The notes beneath the pieces were generated by a model. That model was given only the letters and a program-made list of their open reading frames with translations. It made no database searches and was not told the DNA's origin. Made by a program: the position numbers and the translations under genes. Of a stretch of DNA of 64,000 nt, positions 1-8,579 are shown in pieces. The DNA comes from Thermodesulfobacteriota bacterium (GTDB lineage Bacteria; Desulfobacterota; Desulfobaccia; Desulfobaccales; 0-14-0-80-60-11), in contig JBMORF010000037.1 in assembly GCA_049322315.1 (NCBI GenBank), positions 3,864-67,863 on the forward strand. The letters run 5' to 3'. Every line of letters starts with the position of its first letter. Position 1 is the first letter of the stretch.

Positions 1-312
1 TTCTGTGGCCAGGTCAGCCAGGGCGAAAAGTCGCGCCCGGGTGTCAGGCAGGTCTCGAAAAAGCCGATGGAGTTCAGGCTCGAATTCCCGCACCCGTCTC
101 TGCATGTAAGAGCTGATAATGGCCTCCTTCACCGGGAAGTAGCTATAAAGAGTGGCTTTGGCGATATCGGTTTCTGCGGCAATCTGCTCCATGGAAGTGG
201 CGTCAAAGCCTTGCCGGGAAAACAAACCCATGGCCACCTCGATGATTTTTCTGCGGGTCTCTTCTTTGCGCCTCTCCCGCCGGTTCATTTCAGGAAATGA
301 ATTTTGAGCCAT
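1..312 (-). CDS. TetR/AcrR-family transcriptional regulator, N-terminal 104 codons only (gene continues past the left edge)
   Basis: Not in the ORF track. Own translation of the minus strand from ATG at 312: MAQNSFPEMNRRERRKEETRRKIIEVAMGLFSRQGFDATSMEQIAAETDIAKATLYSYFPVKEAIISSYMQRR... This is the classic TetR N-terminal HTH signature. Confidence 0.85.
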   Translation of the reverse strand, partial: MAQNSFPEMNRRERRKEETRRKIIEVAMGLFSRQGFDATSMEQIAAETDIAKATLYSYFPVKEAIISSYMQRRVREFEPELHRLFRDLPDTRARLFALADLATE

Positions 313-616
313 TGTAATCACCCGGAATTTAATTATACTACGTTCAATGTCATACGTAGTATGACTTAATGCAAGAGCTTTGTCAAGGGAAATAGGTGCC
401 GCAAGGCCAGGACTGCGACCTGAGTGCGGCCATTAACTCCTAATTTGCTGAAGATGCAGGAAAAAGTTGGGGGGGGAATATCGACATCTAGCGGCAATAG
501 GCAAACACCTGGTCGTCGAACCAGGAACCGGTTCAAAAGAAGGGCCTTCCCTAAGGAAAAATCGTAATATCCCTTACCAGCAAAGGCGGCTGGCGTTTAT
601 CATAGTCTTCCGGGGT

Positions 617-1699
617 TCAGGAACTTAAGGTGTATGTTTCATAGGCGTTTTCACAAGGGGGGCCGAAGGAGAGGTATAATTTCCCCTCGGCCGGGACCAT
701 AATCAGGGACGAGGTGGATTTGGAGGCCAGCTCCGGGGGCTTGGCGGGATCGACATGGCGGCAGATGGAGTTCGGGTGCCCGTCATGATCAGCCAGCAAT
801 GTCATCATTAGTTCAGGGGTCAAACTGCCATAGTGTTGCTCAATAAGCTGACGAAGCCTCGGGGCACGCTGGAACGAATCCACAATGTAAGTATGGGCGC
901 CGTCTTCCTTGGTGTAAGCTTCAGTCTCATAATGATTGGCATGGACCAACACCCCTCCCCGGGGTTCCAGAACGGCGTAGTCGTCGTAGACGCTTTCCAG
1001 GCCGGCGATATGACCGGCGGCGTCTGCCAGATGGTGATATATCAGGCCCCGGGCCGAATGCTCCAGCACTTCGAAGGCCTGGTCAAAAGACGGCTTCTGC
1101 ATGGCGGCGTAGATGAGCATGGTAACGGGAATATGGCCGGTCACCGGCCCCATAGGGCAGATCGTCAGGTTGGTGCAGTTGCCGAGGCCGGCTGAGGTGA
1201 GGTTTAAACAGGGAGCCCCGAAAAAGGCTAAGGACAGAAATTCCAGCCCGTCGTCATGTTTGATATGCAGCAGATCCAGCGGGGTCTCGGGATGCCAGTC
1301 AACATTTTGCCCCAGGATGGTGAGACCATCTTTGGTGGCCGGGCCCGTCACCGCGAAGGAAGTGCACAGACCCGCCAGGTGGGGATAATTGATGACGAGT
1401 TCGACGTAACAGTTCAGGGCAAAGGCCTCCTCAAAGGTGATCCCGGCCCCGTCCGCCAGCCCTCTGATCCGCTCCAAGCCATCCGGATCGAAGGCCCGCA
1501 CGTTTTCCAAATACTTCCCCGCGGCCGCCAACACGGTGGGGGCGTCTGCCTGGTCCCGAAACGGGCCATGCTGAAGCCCAGCCAGTAGGAGTTCCAAAGA
1601 TTTATGGATATTGTCTCTTGCCGCGTCGCCGTATTGCCGACCGATTTCGTAGGCAGTGCCGCGACATTCAATGAGTCTGAAGCCGGGTGATGACTCCAT
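617..1699 (-). CDS. Peptidase C45 / acyl-CoA:6-aminopenicillanic acid acyltransferase-like Ntn hydrolase
   Basis: ORF 617..1738. Start moved to MESSPGF (ATG 1699), preceded by AAAGGAGGAAGGCG. Family-like stretches: CTSFAVTG, GQNVDW, HANHY. Confidence 0.7.
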   Translation of the reverse strand: MESSPGFRLIECRGTAYEIGRQYGDAARDNIHKSLELLLAGLQHGPFRDQADAPTVLAAAGKYLENVRAFDPDGLERIRGLADGAGITFEEAFALNCYVELVINYPHLAGLCTSFAVTGPATKDGLTILGQNVDWHPETPLDLLHIKHDDGLEFLSLAFFGAPCLNLTSAGLGNCTNLTICPMGPVTGHIPVTMLIYAAMQKPSFDQAFEVLEHSARGLIYHHLADAAGHIAGLESVYDDYAVLEPRGGVLVHANHYETEAYTKEDGAHTYIVDSFQRAPRLRQLIEQHYGSLTPELMMTLLADHDGHPNSICRHVDPAKPPELASKSTSSLIMVPAEGKLYLSFGPPCENAYETYTLSS

Positions 1700-1797
1700 C
1701 GCCTTCCTCCTTTTCTTGTCGCCATCTCTGTCGATCACCAGCTATTCTATCTGGCTCTGGGTCAGGGGGATTGTAAAAAGGCGACAAACGGGGGCGA

Positions 1798-2580
1798 TCA
1801 GAGGCGGCTCGGCAATCTTCCGGTAAGGTCCTTAAATTCCCTGATTAAATGAGACTGATCGGCATAGCCGCAGTCGTAGGCCACATCGGCAAGCGAATTC
1901 TGAAGTCGATTTCTTACCCTGTCGATGGCATGTTGGAAGCGCACCAGCCGCAAGAATTTCTTGGGAGAGATACCCACCTCAGCCAGGAAGGCCCGTTCCA
2001 GGGTGCGGATACTGGTCCCGAGGAGACCGGCAAGCTCTTGCACTTGGATCTGGCCGCCACAGGATTCTGCCAGGGCGGCGCCACGGCTGGATAAATTCGG
2101 GCGTAGGAGAGCTTCCGGCCCCATCTTTCTGAAGATCTCCTCCATGAGGAGCTTTTTGGCCTCCAGACCCGGGGAAGCGCAGAGGCGTTCACCGAGGCAA
2201 TCGGTCTCGATCCCCAGTAAGCCAGGAAGATCTATCATGTTATCGATGAGTTCGGCCGGTTTGATATCGGCGATCCGGGGCATCAGCCCCGGCCGGAAGC
2301 GGACACAGAAATATTCGTGCGAGTTCGATAGTTGAATATAGGTATCTTTAGTGTATGGGCCGAGGAACAGGAGGCGGCAATGGCAATCGGCCAGGGCAAA
2401 CACCAGATCAAAATTTCCATCGGGGAAAATCTCGAAGGTCCTGGGAGCACTGTCCTTGGGTCTCGGGGCATCCCAAAACTTTTCAATCAATTCGCCGAAT
2501 TCCGGCGTCGGTTTCCGCTCCACCACAAAAGGGGCTCGATTTTCCAAAACCAGCGCCGTTGGCCTTTCCGTTTGGGCCAT
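1798..2580 (-). CDS. AraC-family transcriptional regulator
   Basis: 260-aa ORF. The C-terminal double HTH (VQELAGLLGTSIRTLERAF ... LADVAYDCGYADQSHLIREFKDLTG) is typical of AraC/XylS. Confidence 0.85.
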   Translation of the reverse strand: MAQTERPTALVLENRAPFVVERKPTPEFGELIEKFWDAPRPKDSAPRTFEIFPDGNFDLVFALADCHCRLLFLGPYTKDTYIQLSNSHEYFCVRFRPGLMPRIADIKPAELIDNMIDLPGLLGIETDCLGERLCASPGLEAKKLLMEEIFRKMGPEALLRPNLSSRGAALAESCGGQIQVQELAGLLGTSIRTLERAFLAEVGISPKKFLRLVRFQHAIDRVRNRLQNSLADVAYDCGYADQSHLIREFKDLTGRLPSRL

Positions 2581-2813
2581 GTTAGCTTCTCCTCCGGCAG
2601 TGGATGGTTAGCTAACTACGGGTCGGATTTTGGGAAATTCAGTCGATGGTAATCCGGATAAAGATCAATCGCCCTGGTCACTTTCATGTTCCAGCTCCTG
2701 GTTTGAAGGCAACGGGTGGTGCTGATGCGGATAAGCAAAACATATCATAATTCCTAGCAAAAACCCGATAAGGGTCTGGGCTGGCAAGCTGTCAAGTATT
2801 TTTGTTAATCTTC

Positions 2814-2829
2814 TCCCCCAGATGGGGGA
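2814..2829. promoter_or_regulatory. 16-bp palindrome TCCCCCAGATGGGGGA followed by a T-rich tract (copy A of a motif seen three times)
   Basis: Read directly. Related copies lie at 6504-6519 and 10468-10483. It could be a short GC hairpin/terminator or an operator. Confidence 0.5.
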
Positions 2830-2896
2830 TATCCCTCTTTTCTTGCGATGCTATTTCAAACTACAAAAGAACTGCAAAAGAAAGGAGGGCTATACC

Positions 2897-3043
2897 ATGC
2901 CCAGAATCGGAATCCTCACCCAGATCAATTCGTCCGGTTCGAAACCTTCTCAGCTTCCTCTCCATTACCAAAAGGTAAATGGAAAGGTTTTCAATAAGAT
3001 GTGCGATACGATTAGAGCAGTCTGTTCACAAATCAGCGCGTGA
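2897..3043 (+). CDS. Small ORF (48 aa) with a strong RBS, function unknown
   Basis: AAAGGAGGG lies 7 nt upstream of ATG 2897 (MPRIGILTQINSSGSKPSQ...). It is the in-frame inner start of track ORF 2822..3043. No recognisable family. Confidence 0.25.
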   Translation: MPRIGILTQINSSGSKPSQLPLHYQKVNGKVFNKMCDTIRAVCSQISA

Positions 3044-3053
3044 CGTGTCTGCC

Positions 3054-3416
3054 TTACGACTTTCGCCGGATGCACACCAAGCCGCGCCTTTCCATGTTCC
3101 GGTAGATGCATGTGTCAGCCGACGTGCAGCAAAGTTCCATGGGCTTGCCCGATACCTTGCTAAGCACCTTGGGGTTCTTGTTGTAGTATTGAAGGGTGGC
3201 GATTGCCTTCTCTTTACTCACCATCTCAGCCTTTCCAGCTGCAACCATGGCTTCCCCCAATTCGTCCAGGAAAATTGCTTCAGTGAATTGACCTTGGGAG
3301 TGATTTGGACCGCAAGCCCTCTCCCCTACCGCACAATGAGTCGAACCATGAATCAGTTGGGCAGCTTCGTTTGCCGTGAGAAGTACCGGATCTAACACGC
3401 TTGTCATCCTCAACAA
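3054..3416 (-). CDS. Cys-rich hypothetical protein
   Basis: 120-aa ORF co-directional with the DUF3786-like gene. Several Cys/His (HGSTHCAVGERACGPNH, CCTSADTC). No family recognised. Confidence 0.45.
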   Translation of the reverse strand: MLRMTSVLDPVLLTANEAAQLIHGSTHCAVGERACGPNHSQGQFTEAIFLDELGEAMVAAGKAEMVSKEKAIATLQYYNKNPKVLSKVSGKPMELCCTSADTCIYRNMERRGLVCIRRKS

Positions 3417-3486
3417 TTCCTGGTTTTTTGAACGATGGATCGAGAGGAGTTGGGATTTATCAGATGAAATAAGATGACTTTAGCCC

Positions 3487-4098
3487 CTAGAGATTTTTTA
3501 TCAATCGTTGTGTGAAAGTCATACCAGTCATAATAAGCGACTCAGGATCAAGATAATGTTCGGCCTGCTTTTGAAATAACACAGAGCAAGCAGCAGGAAA
3601 TTCATCATTGCGGTCATTAAAAAGCAGCAGTATTTCTATTTTCGGCAATACCTTGAATTCCATGGCAAGATCGTAGTGCAAGCCCATATCGCAGGGTTTG
3701 CCGCCCAATTTTTGAGATGCATCCGACAATTCCTCAATCCGGCCTGAAAATCGTTTGACAATGGGTCTTTCAACATCGTTGGTGAAGACGTTAAGGTTTG
3801 TAAATTGGGACAGTCTACGAAAGTCTTTGAGTGCTGTCCACTCCTTGTTCAACACGGGAGAGTTGGGACATAGTAACAGGTATTTACAGAGTATAACGCA
3901 AACCATGTAATTGGGCCGGTTACCGAATTCATCAGCAACCCCTTTCTTGGAAACAAGATAATCCTCACCTAAAAAGGGAATAATGGCCTCTTGGCTCCGG
4001 AATTCTATACCAAGTGTTTCTTTTATGGATGCAAAATCAAGCTCAGCGATTTGTCGGCAATAATCATGGTAATAGGTTTCGAAAATATTTTCTTCCAT
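3487..4098 (-). CDS. DUF3786-like protein
   Basis: 203-aa ORF. Its length and overall pattern resemble DUF3786 proteins, which typically accompany PF04060-type Fe-S domains (two are encoded nearby). Assigned from memory, not searched. Confidence 0.55.
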   Translation of the reverse strand: MEENIFETYYHDYCRQIAELDFASIKETLGIEFRSQEAIIPFLGEDYLVSKKGVADEFGNRPNYMVCVILCKYLLLCPNSPVLNKEWTALKDFRRLSQFTNLNVFTNDVERPIVKRFSGRIEELSDASQKLGGKPCDMGLHYDLAMEFKVLPKIEILLLFNDRNDEFPAACSVLFQKQAEHYLDPESLIMTGMTFTQRLIKNL

Positions 4099-4231
4099 AT
4101 CTCTTGAATCCTCCTTTTGAACATGAACCTGGGGGCATCTTGGGTATGTAAGGGTCCAGCATTTCTCACTCTCTTTCTGATGGGCGATTTATCTCGCCTC
4201 GGGCTCTTTGATCCCTATCCTCGTGGGCGGT

Positions 4232-4594
4232 TTACCAGAGCCTGATAACCACCTTATCGCCCAGTTTTTCGCCTCTGACTTTTTCCATGTGCCGGAGCGC
4301 CGCGAATTCTCGTTCAAATTCCGGCATGGTCAGCTTTCCTCCGAGTTGCTGGAGAAGTTCCGCCGGTTCCAGGCTTCCCGTCTTTTTGAGGATCTTCAGG
4401 ATTTCGGTCTGGATCGGAGTGAGGATGGTAGGGGCGCCATGGCGCTCCGCCGAGGTGGCGCAATACACCGCCCAGGGATCACAAACCCTGACCCGGGAGA
4501 GATCTTCCAGGTAACAGTCCTCGCACAGTACCCGGCCATTATGGTTCTTTTCTTCTCCCGATTCGATCCTGGTTTGACATTTGTCGCATTGCAT
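4232..4594 (-). CDS. Small zinc-ribbon (CxxC...CxxC) plus winged-helix-like protein
   Basis: ORF 4232..4624. Likely start is MQCDKCQ. Motifs: CDKC...CEDC, then LTPIQTEILKILKKTGSLEPAELLQQLG. Confidence 0.5.
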   Translation of the reverse strand: MQCDKCQTRIESGEEKNHNGRVLCEDCYLEDLSRVRVCDPWAVYCATSAERHGAPTILTPIQTEILKILKKTGSLEPAELLQQLGGKLTMPEFEREFAALRHMEKVRGEKLGDKVVIRLW

Positions 4595-4697
4595 CTGATT
4601 TTCTCCCACTCGCGGTCCAGTCACACACCTGGCTTTGCCGGTGGCGGGCGAGATCGTCTAAAACCACCGGATCAAACAAGCCTACCTGGTTTCCGAC

Positions 4698-5234
4698 TTA
4701 TTGGGCTTTGAGCACCCCATTAACCATCTCGGCCACCTGGCGGAGATCCTCCTCGTTGGGCCTGCCGCTGATGTCCCCCAATCTCCCCATGGCATTGAAC
4801 CGCCGCAGTTTGCCATGGTATTCCCCCACCAGGTACCATTCCGCCAGCACCTGGAATCCCAGATGTTCCAACAATTGCCCCAGATATTTGCCGGTAGGAA
4901 CTGCCTCATTGACTCCGGTATGGCCGCCGCCATAAGTGCAGTAAACTATGGCGATCTTTCCGGGCCGTGGCGGGGCTCCGGCTTTGATCTCCTTGAGAGC
5001 CACATATTTCTGGCGCATTTTGCCAAAGAGAGTCCTCAAAGGTTTCCCGGGGAGCCATTCATAGACTCCCGAACCTACGAAAACCAGATCATAGCCCAGG
5101 AGATCGATATCCGTCCCCGCGGTAGCCCTAATGGTGTCCACCTGATGGCCGCAGGATGCCGCAGTCGCGGTGATCTGCTGGGCCACTTTCTTGGTGTTGC
5201 CGGTGGTGGAAAAATAGAGATTGAGTACTTGCAT
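4698..5234 (-). CDS. Flavodoxin-like protein (paralog 1)
   Basis: Inner start MQVLNLYFSTTGNTKKVAQQI is the flavodoxin FMN-binding signature. Collinear with and clearly similar to ORF 14445..14981. Confidence 0.85.
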   Translation of the reverse strand: MQVLNLYFSTTGNTKKVAQQITATAASCGHQVDTIRATAGTDIDLLGYDLVFVGSGVYEWLPGKPLRTLFGKMRQKYVALKEIKAGAPPRPGKIAIVYCTYGGGHTGVNEAVPTGKYLGQLLEHLGFQVLAEWYLVGEYHGKLRRFNAMGRLGDISGRPNEEDLRQVAEMVNGVLKAQ

Positions 5235-5248
5235 ATGGGCAGGTCTCC

Positions 5249-5428
5249 TTAGGGGTAATATTTTGGCCGCCTTGGCACCTCGGGCCAGGTTAGAGGACAT
5301 TCATTGATCTGTCTTCGCCGTTTATAGACAGCAGCGGCAAATGCCAAGCATGTCTGTTCGTTGCATTTTCTGCAATTAGATCTATCGAGCAACTTGGAAA
5401 TCTCCATTGGGTTTGTCGATTGGGTCAT
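5249..5428 (-). CDS. Small PF04060-type putative Fe-S cluster-binding protein
   Basis: LDRSNCRKCNEQTCLAFAAAVYKRRRQINECP matches the NC..C...C.AFA......CP pattern of the corrinoid-FeS/RACo N-terminal Fe-S domain. Confidence 0.6.
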   Translation of the reverse strand: MTQSTNPMEISKLLDRSNCRKCNEQTCLAFAAAVYKRRRQINECPLTWPEVPRRPKYYP

Positions 5429-5548
5429 GCGGCGCCTCTCCTTCTCTTGGTTCTTCAAAGGTCACCAGCGCAGAACCGATCGGCCCATTAGGACATCGAC
5501 TACAAGTCATGGCGATATCTCCCTTACCCCCGACTTCGGGCCCTGGCT

Positions 5549-6406
5549 CTAGCGCTGCCCGACCACGCAGATCGCCTTGGTAGGGATGTCGATACTGCCG
5601 TCGGTCCTGGCAAATTTTTGTGCCGCCTCCGCCAGCGCCTGCCAGTATGCAGCCTGTAGTGCGGCTGGTTGATCCGCGAGCAGACCGGCCAGAGGCGCAT
5701 TAACCTCCCCGAGAAATTGGGTGAGCGCTCCCACCGAAGCAAACTCCATCGAGCCTTCCAGAACCTTGGTTTGTATATTGCTGAAGCCAGCTTGAGTTAA
5801 GGCCTTCTCCAAAATGCCTTCTGCCAGGCTAAACACGGAAACTGTCCCTGCGGTCTTCGAGGATTGCTGAAACATTCTCTTAGCCAGATCGAATGCCAGA
5901 TTAAATATAGGCACCTTCCAGCTGGCATCCCAGACCGCGGAGGCGAACTTGCCGTTGGACACCAGCATTCTCAGTATCCTGGCTAAGGCGGCGTCAATAT
6001 CCGACAGGAACATGAGTGAGAAGCGGGCCAGGATAGCATCGAAGCAGCTTTCGGGAAAATTAAGGGCCTCTGCCGCCATTTCCCGAAACTCGAGGTTTTG
6101 CAATTCCAGGGCCGCGGCCCGCTTGCCGGCAATCGCCAGCATCTGCGGGGACAGGTCAGTGGCTATGACCTGTCCTTCAGGGCCTACTCTGAGGCTGGCG
6201 GTTAGCGCAGGCTCGCCGACGCCGGTCCCAATATCCAGTACCCGATAACCAGGGCGAATCTCCGCCAGGTCCACCAGGCAATCGCTGACCTGCTGCAGTC
6301 CCCGTTCCTGAATAGGCCACCATTTTTCCCAACCGGCCGCCAGACTGTCCCACAATTGCCGCTGCTTCTCACTATCATGGGAAGGATCGAGGGCTTGTTC
6401 CTGCAT
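5549..6406 (-). CDS. Class I SAM-dependent methyltransferase
   Basis: 285-aa ORF with motif I VLDIGTGVGEPA and a downstream acidic loop. Confidence 0.85.
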   Translation of the reverse strand: MQEQALDPSHDSEKQRQLWDSLAAGWEKWWPIQERGLQQVSDCLVDLAEIRPGYRVLDIGTGVGEPALTASLRVGPEGQVIATDLSPQMLAIAGKRAAALELQNLEFREMAAEALNFPESCFDAILARFSLMFLSDIDAALARILRMLVSNGKFASAVWDASWKVPIFNLAFDLAKRMFQQSSKTAGTVSVFSLAEGILEKALTQAGFSNIQTKVLEGSMEFASVGALTQFLGEVNAPLAGLLADQPAALQAAYWQALAEAAQKFARTDGSIDIPTKAICVVGQR

Positions 6407-6468
6407 GTCTTACTCTCTCCCGGAAGAAATTTTTATGCTTATGGCTAATATTGGACGCCCGGTTGCTG

Positions 6469-6545
6469 GATACTGAGGATAATCCCAACACTTGGGAAAA
6501 GAATCCCCCATATGGGGGAGGAGGCACTTTTTTGAGGGGAAGGGA
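6469..6545 (-). repeat. About 77-bp repeat, copy B (A-tract, CCCCC-ATAT-GGGGG hairpin, T-tract, conserved box GGGATTATCCTCAGTATC)
   Basis: The reverse complement aligns along its whole length with 10441-10518 with few mismatches. It lies between the LuxR stop and the methyltransferase start. Confidence 0.7.
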
Positions 6546-6571
6546 ATATGCCGGGAGGAAAAATTAGCGGA

Positions 6572-7411
6572 TCAAATCAGCTGGTGGCGCAGGGCCTGGA
6601 CCGCAGCTTGGGTGCGGTCATTCACCCCTAATTTATTAAAGATATTGATTACATGACTTTTGACGGTGTGCGGACTGATCTTCAGGGAGCCGGAGATCTC
6701 CACGTTAGTGGCCCCTTGGACCAGCAAGCGCAAGACCTCCAGTTCCCGCGCGGTCAACGGCGCGGCCAGGTAATCATGGCCATCGGTCGCGGCTTTCCCG
6801 GGGCTGGGCGGTTCTGCCGGCCCAGGTTTCCCGCCGGCATGGGCAAGATCGAGATCAAGGGTCACCGTGGACACCAGGTTCCCCTCTTTATCTTGTATCG
6901 GGTAGACCGCCTGGGTCGATATGGGGCGGATAAATCCGGGGCAGCGCTCCGGGAGGGTTTTCTGTCCGCTCAAGGCCGCGGCAAAGGCCAGACAGGAAGG
7001 ATAGCCGCAGCTCCGGCAGTTGGTCTGGGGGAGCAGCCTGAAGATATCGAGCACCGGGACCGGGTTCCACTTCTTATAATTCGGCCTCAGACTACGCCGA
7101 CGTTGGCAGATATCATTGAGAAATTCTAACAACCGGTCCAAGAAATCCAGGGCTTGCTGACTGTCTGTAAATGAGGCCGCGACGCCTTGATCGGGATAGA
7201 GGCCGCAGCAGAACCTGTCCAGGGCAAACCGGATAAAGGGAGGTTTATCCAGAAGACGGGCCGATTTGACCACGGCATTAATATAGGGAAAGATTTGAGA
7301 AATATCGTCTTCCAGCCGGAAACAAGCAAACATCTGGGTATCGAACTCTGAACCGGTTCTAAAGGACGCCCCGTTTTTTTTTAGGGAAAAATCGCAATAT
7401 TTGACCAGCAT
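6572..7411 (-). CDS. LuxR/FixJ-type HTH regulator fused to an N-terminal PF04060-type Fe-S domain
   Basis: [32 protein letters not shown] (Fe-S motif) plus C-terminal [45 protein letters not shown] (LuxR HTH). Start taken at MLVKYCDF. Confidence 0.8.
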   Translation of the reverse strand: MLVKYCDFSLKKNGASFRTGSEFDTQMFACFRLEDDISQIFPYINAVVKSARLLDKPPFIRFALDRFCCGLYPDQGVAASFTDSQQALDFLDRLLEFLNDICQRRRSLRPNYKKWNPVPVLDIFRLLPQTNCRSCGYPSCLAFAAALSGQKTLPERCPGFIRPISTQAVYPIQDKEGNLVSTVTLDLDLAHAGGKPGPAEPPSPGKAATDGHDYLAAPLTARELEVLRLLVQGATNVEISGSLKISPHTVKSHVINIFNKLGVNDRTQAAVQALRHQLI

Positions 7412-7513
7412 CAGTTTCACCGAGAGCAAGAGTTACTTGGCTAAATCTCGCCAAAGGTATGCCATCTGATTAAACGGCTAAAGACCCCATGGGTTTTAAT
7501 TTTCTCTTTCATT

Positions 7514-7978
7514 TCAAAGCCAGGGATAGCATTTTTCCCGATGCAAGGTCCAATTTTCCAATCCATATTTCCGAATTTTCCGCAGATTTTCTCGGGGAGC
7601 TTTTCCATGAAATGGTTCGAGAAAATTGAACTTGTGACAATCTGCCGCTTCGTCACATTGCCAACAGCCTGCGATGCCCTTTTTATGAACGCATGTTTTT
7701 ATCTCACAGGGCTTTCCACAGCCATCCCCCCCTTGGCGGCAAGGGGTGCCGCAGTACAACTCGCTCATTGCCTTCAGCCCCGCCGTTATCTTATGATAAT
7801 GAAGAAATTCCGGGACCATGGCGCCTTTCACGTGCGCATAATCTTCAAAATGCGATTTCTCTAATTCCTTAGAAAGTTCAGTGGCTAATTTGCTCACTTT
7901 GCTTTGGAATCGGAGACAATCGCCGCAATATAACCCACAATAAGCCGTCAATTCCTGGTCACTACCATACATAATCAT
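7514..7978 (-). CDS. DUF3795-like Cys-rich protein
   Basis: N-terminal YCGLYCGDC plus further Cys clusters (CGTPCRQGGDGCGKPCEIKTC, CWQC), as in DUF3795. Confidence 0.6.
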   Translation of the reverse strand: MIMYGSDQELTAYCGLYCGDCLRFQSKVSKLATELSKELEKSHFEDYAHVKGAMVPEFLHYHKITAGLKAMSELYCGTPCRQGGDGCGKPCEIKTCVHKKGIAGCWQCDEAADCHKFNFLEPFHGKAPRENLRKIRKYGLENWTLHREKCYPWL

Positions 7979-8579
7979 TTTATCAACTGTCCTTCTTGGA
8001 TATTTTTACAGATGATTGGGTAGAAAGTCAGGACTAGGCGAAGAGAAATGATCCTTTCCAACGCTACTAAGCCCTTAGGAAAATGCCGGCCGGCGCGATT
8101 TTGAAGGGATCTTCAGGATGCCCCAGACCGGATGCCCCAAGAATCCTTCGGCTGATCTAACCCCTGATAACCGTTGGCCATGGCTACTCATATTCTACCT
8201 CGATGCCGATGCGCTGGACCATCGGACCCCGGATGCGCTTGATCACGAAGGTGACGCTCAATCCCAGAAGCCAGACGTTGCCGCCCAAAGCCAGATTGAG
8301 AAAGGCCTGGGTGATATCAATGCACCCTTCCGGAAAAAAAGCCATGAAGTTGCGGTCCTTCCGGGCCGCTGTGCCTTCATGGCTTGGATTTACTTTATTG
8401 GGCTAGTTAGATCTTCAGGGAGTTCAATCTCCCTTAATGGCAAAATTATAGGTCTCCTCTATATCAAATGTCAACCAGAATCAAATTTCCAGCTTCCCTA
8501 TTGAAAACAATGACTTATCTGAAGATCAGTCGGTACACCGTCAACGTCTAGGTAATCAATATCTCCAAACAAATTGGTA

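Noticed and set aside
8184-8345. 53-aa minus-strand ORF (MAFFPEGCIDITQAFLNLALGGNVWLLGLSVTFVIKRIRG...) that looks like the C-terminus of a membrane protein
   Set aside because: It is bounded by an in-frame stop a few codons upstream of the ATG, so no longer gene exists. It may be a gene remnant, but there is no RBS or family evidence.
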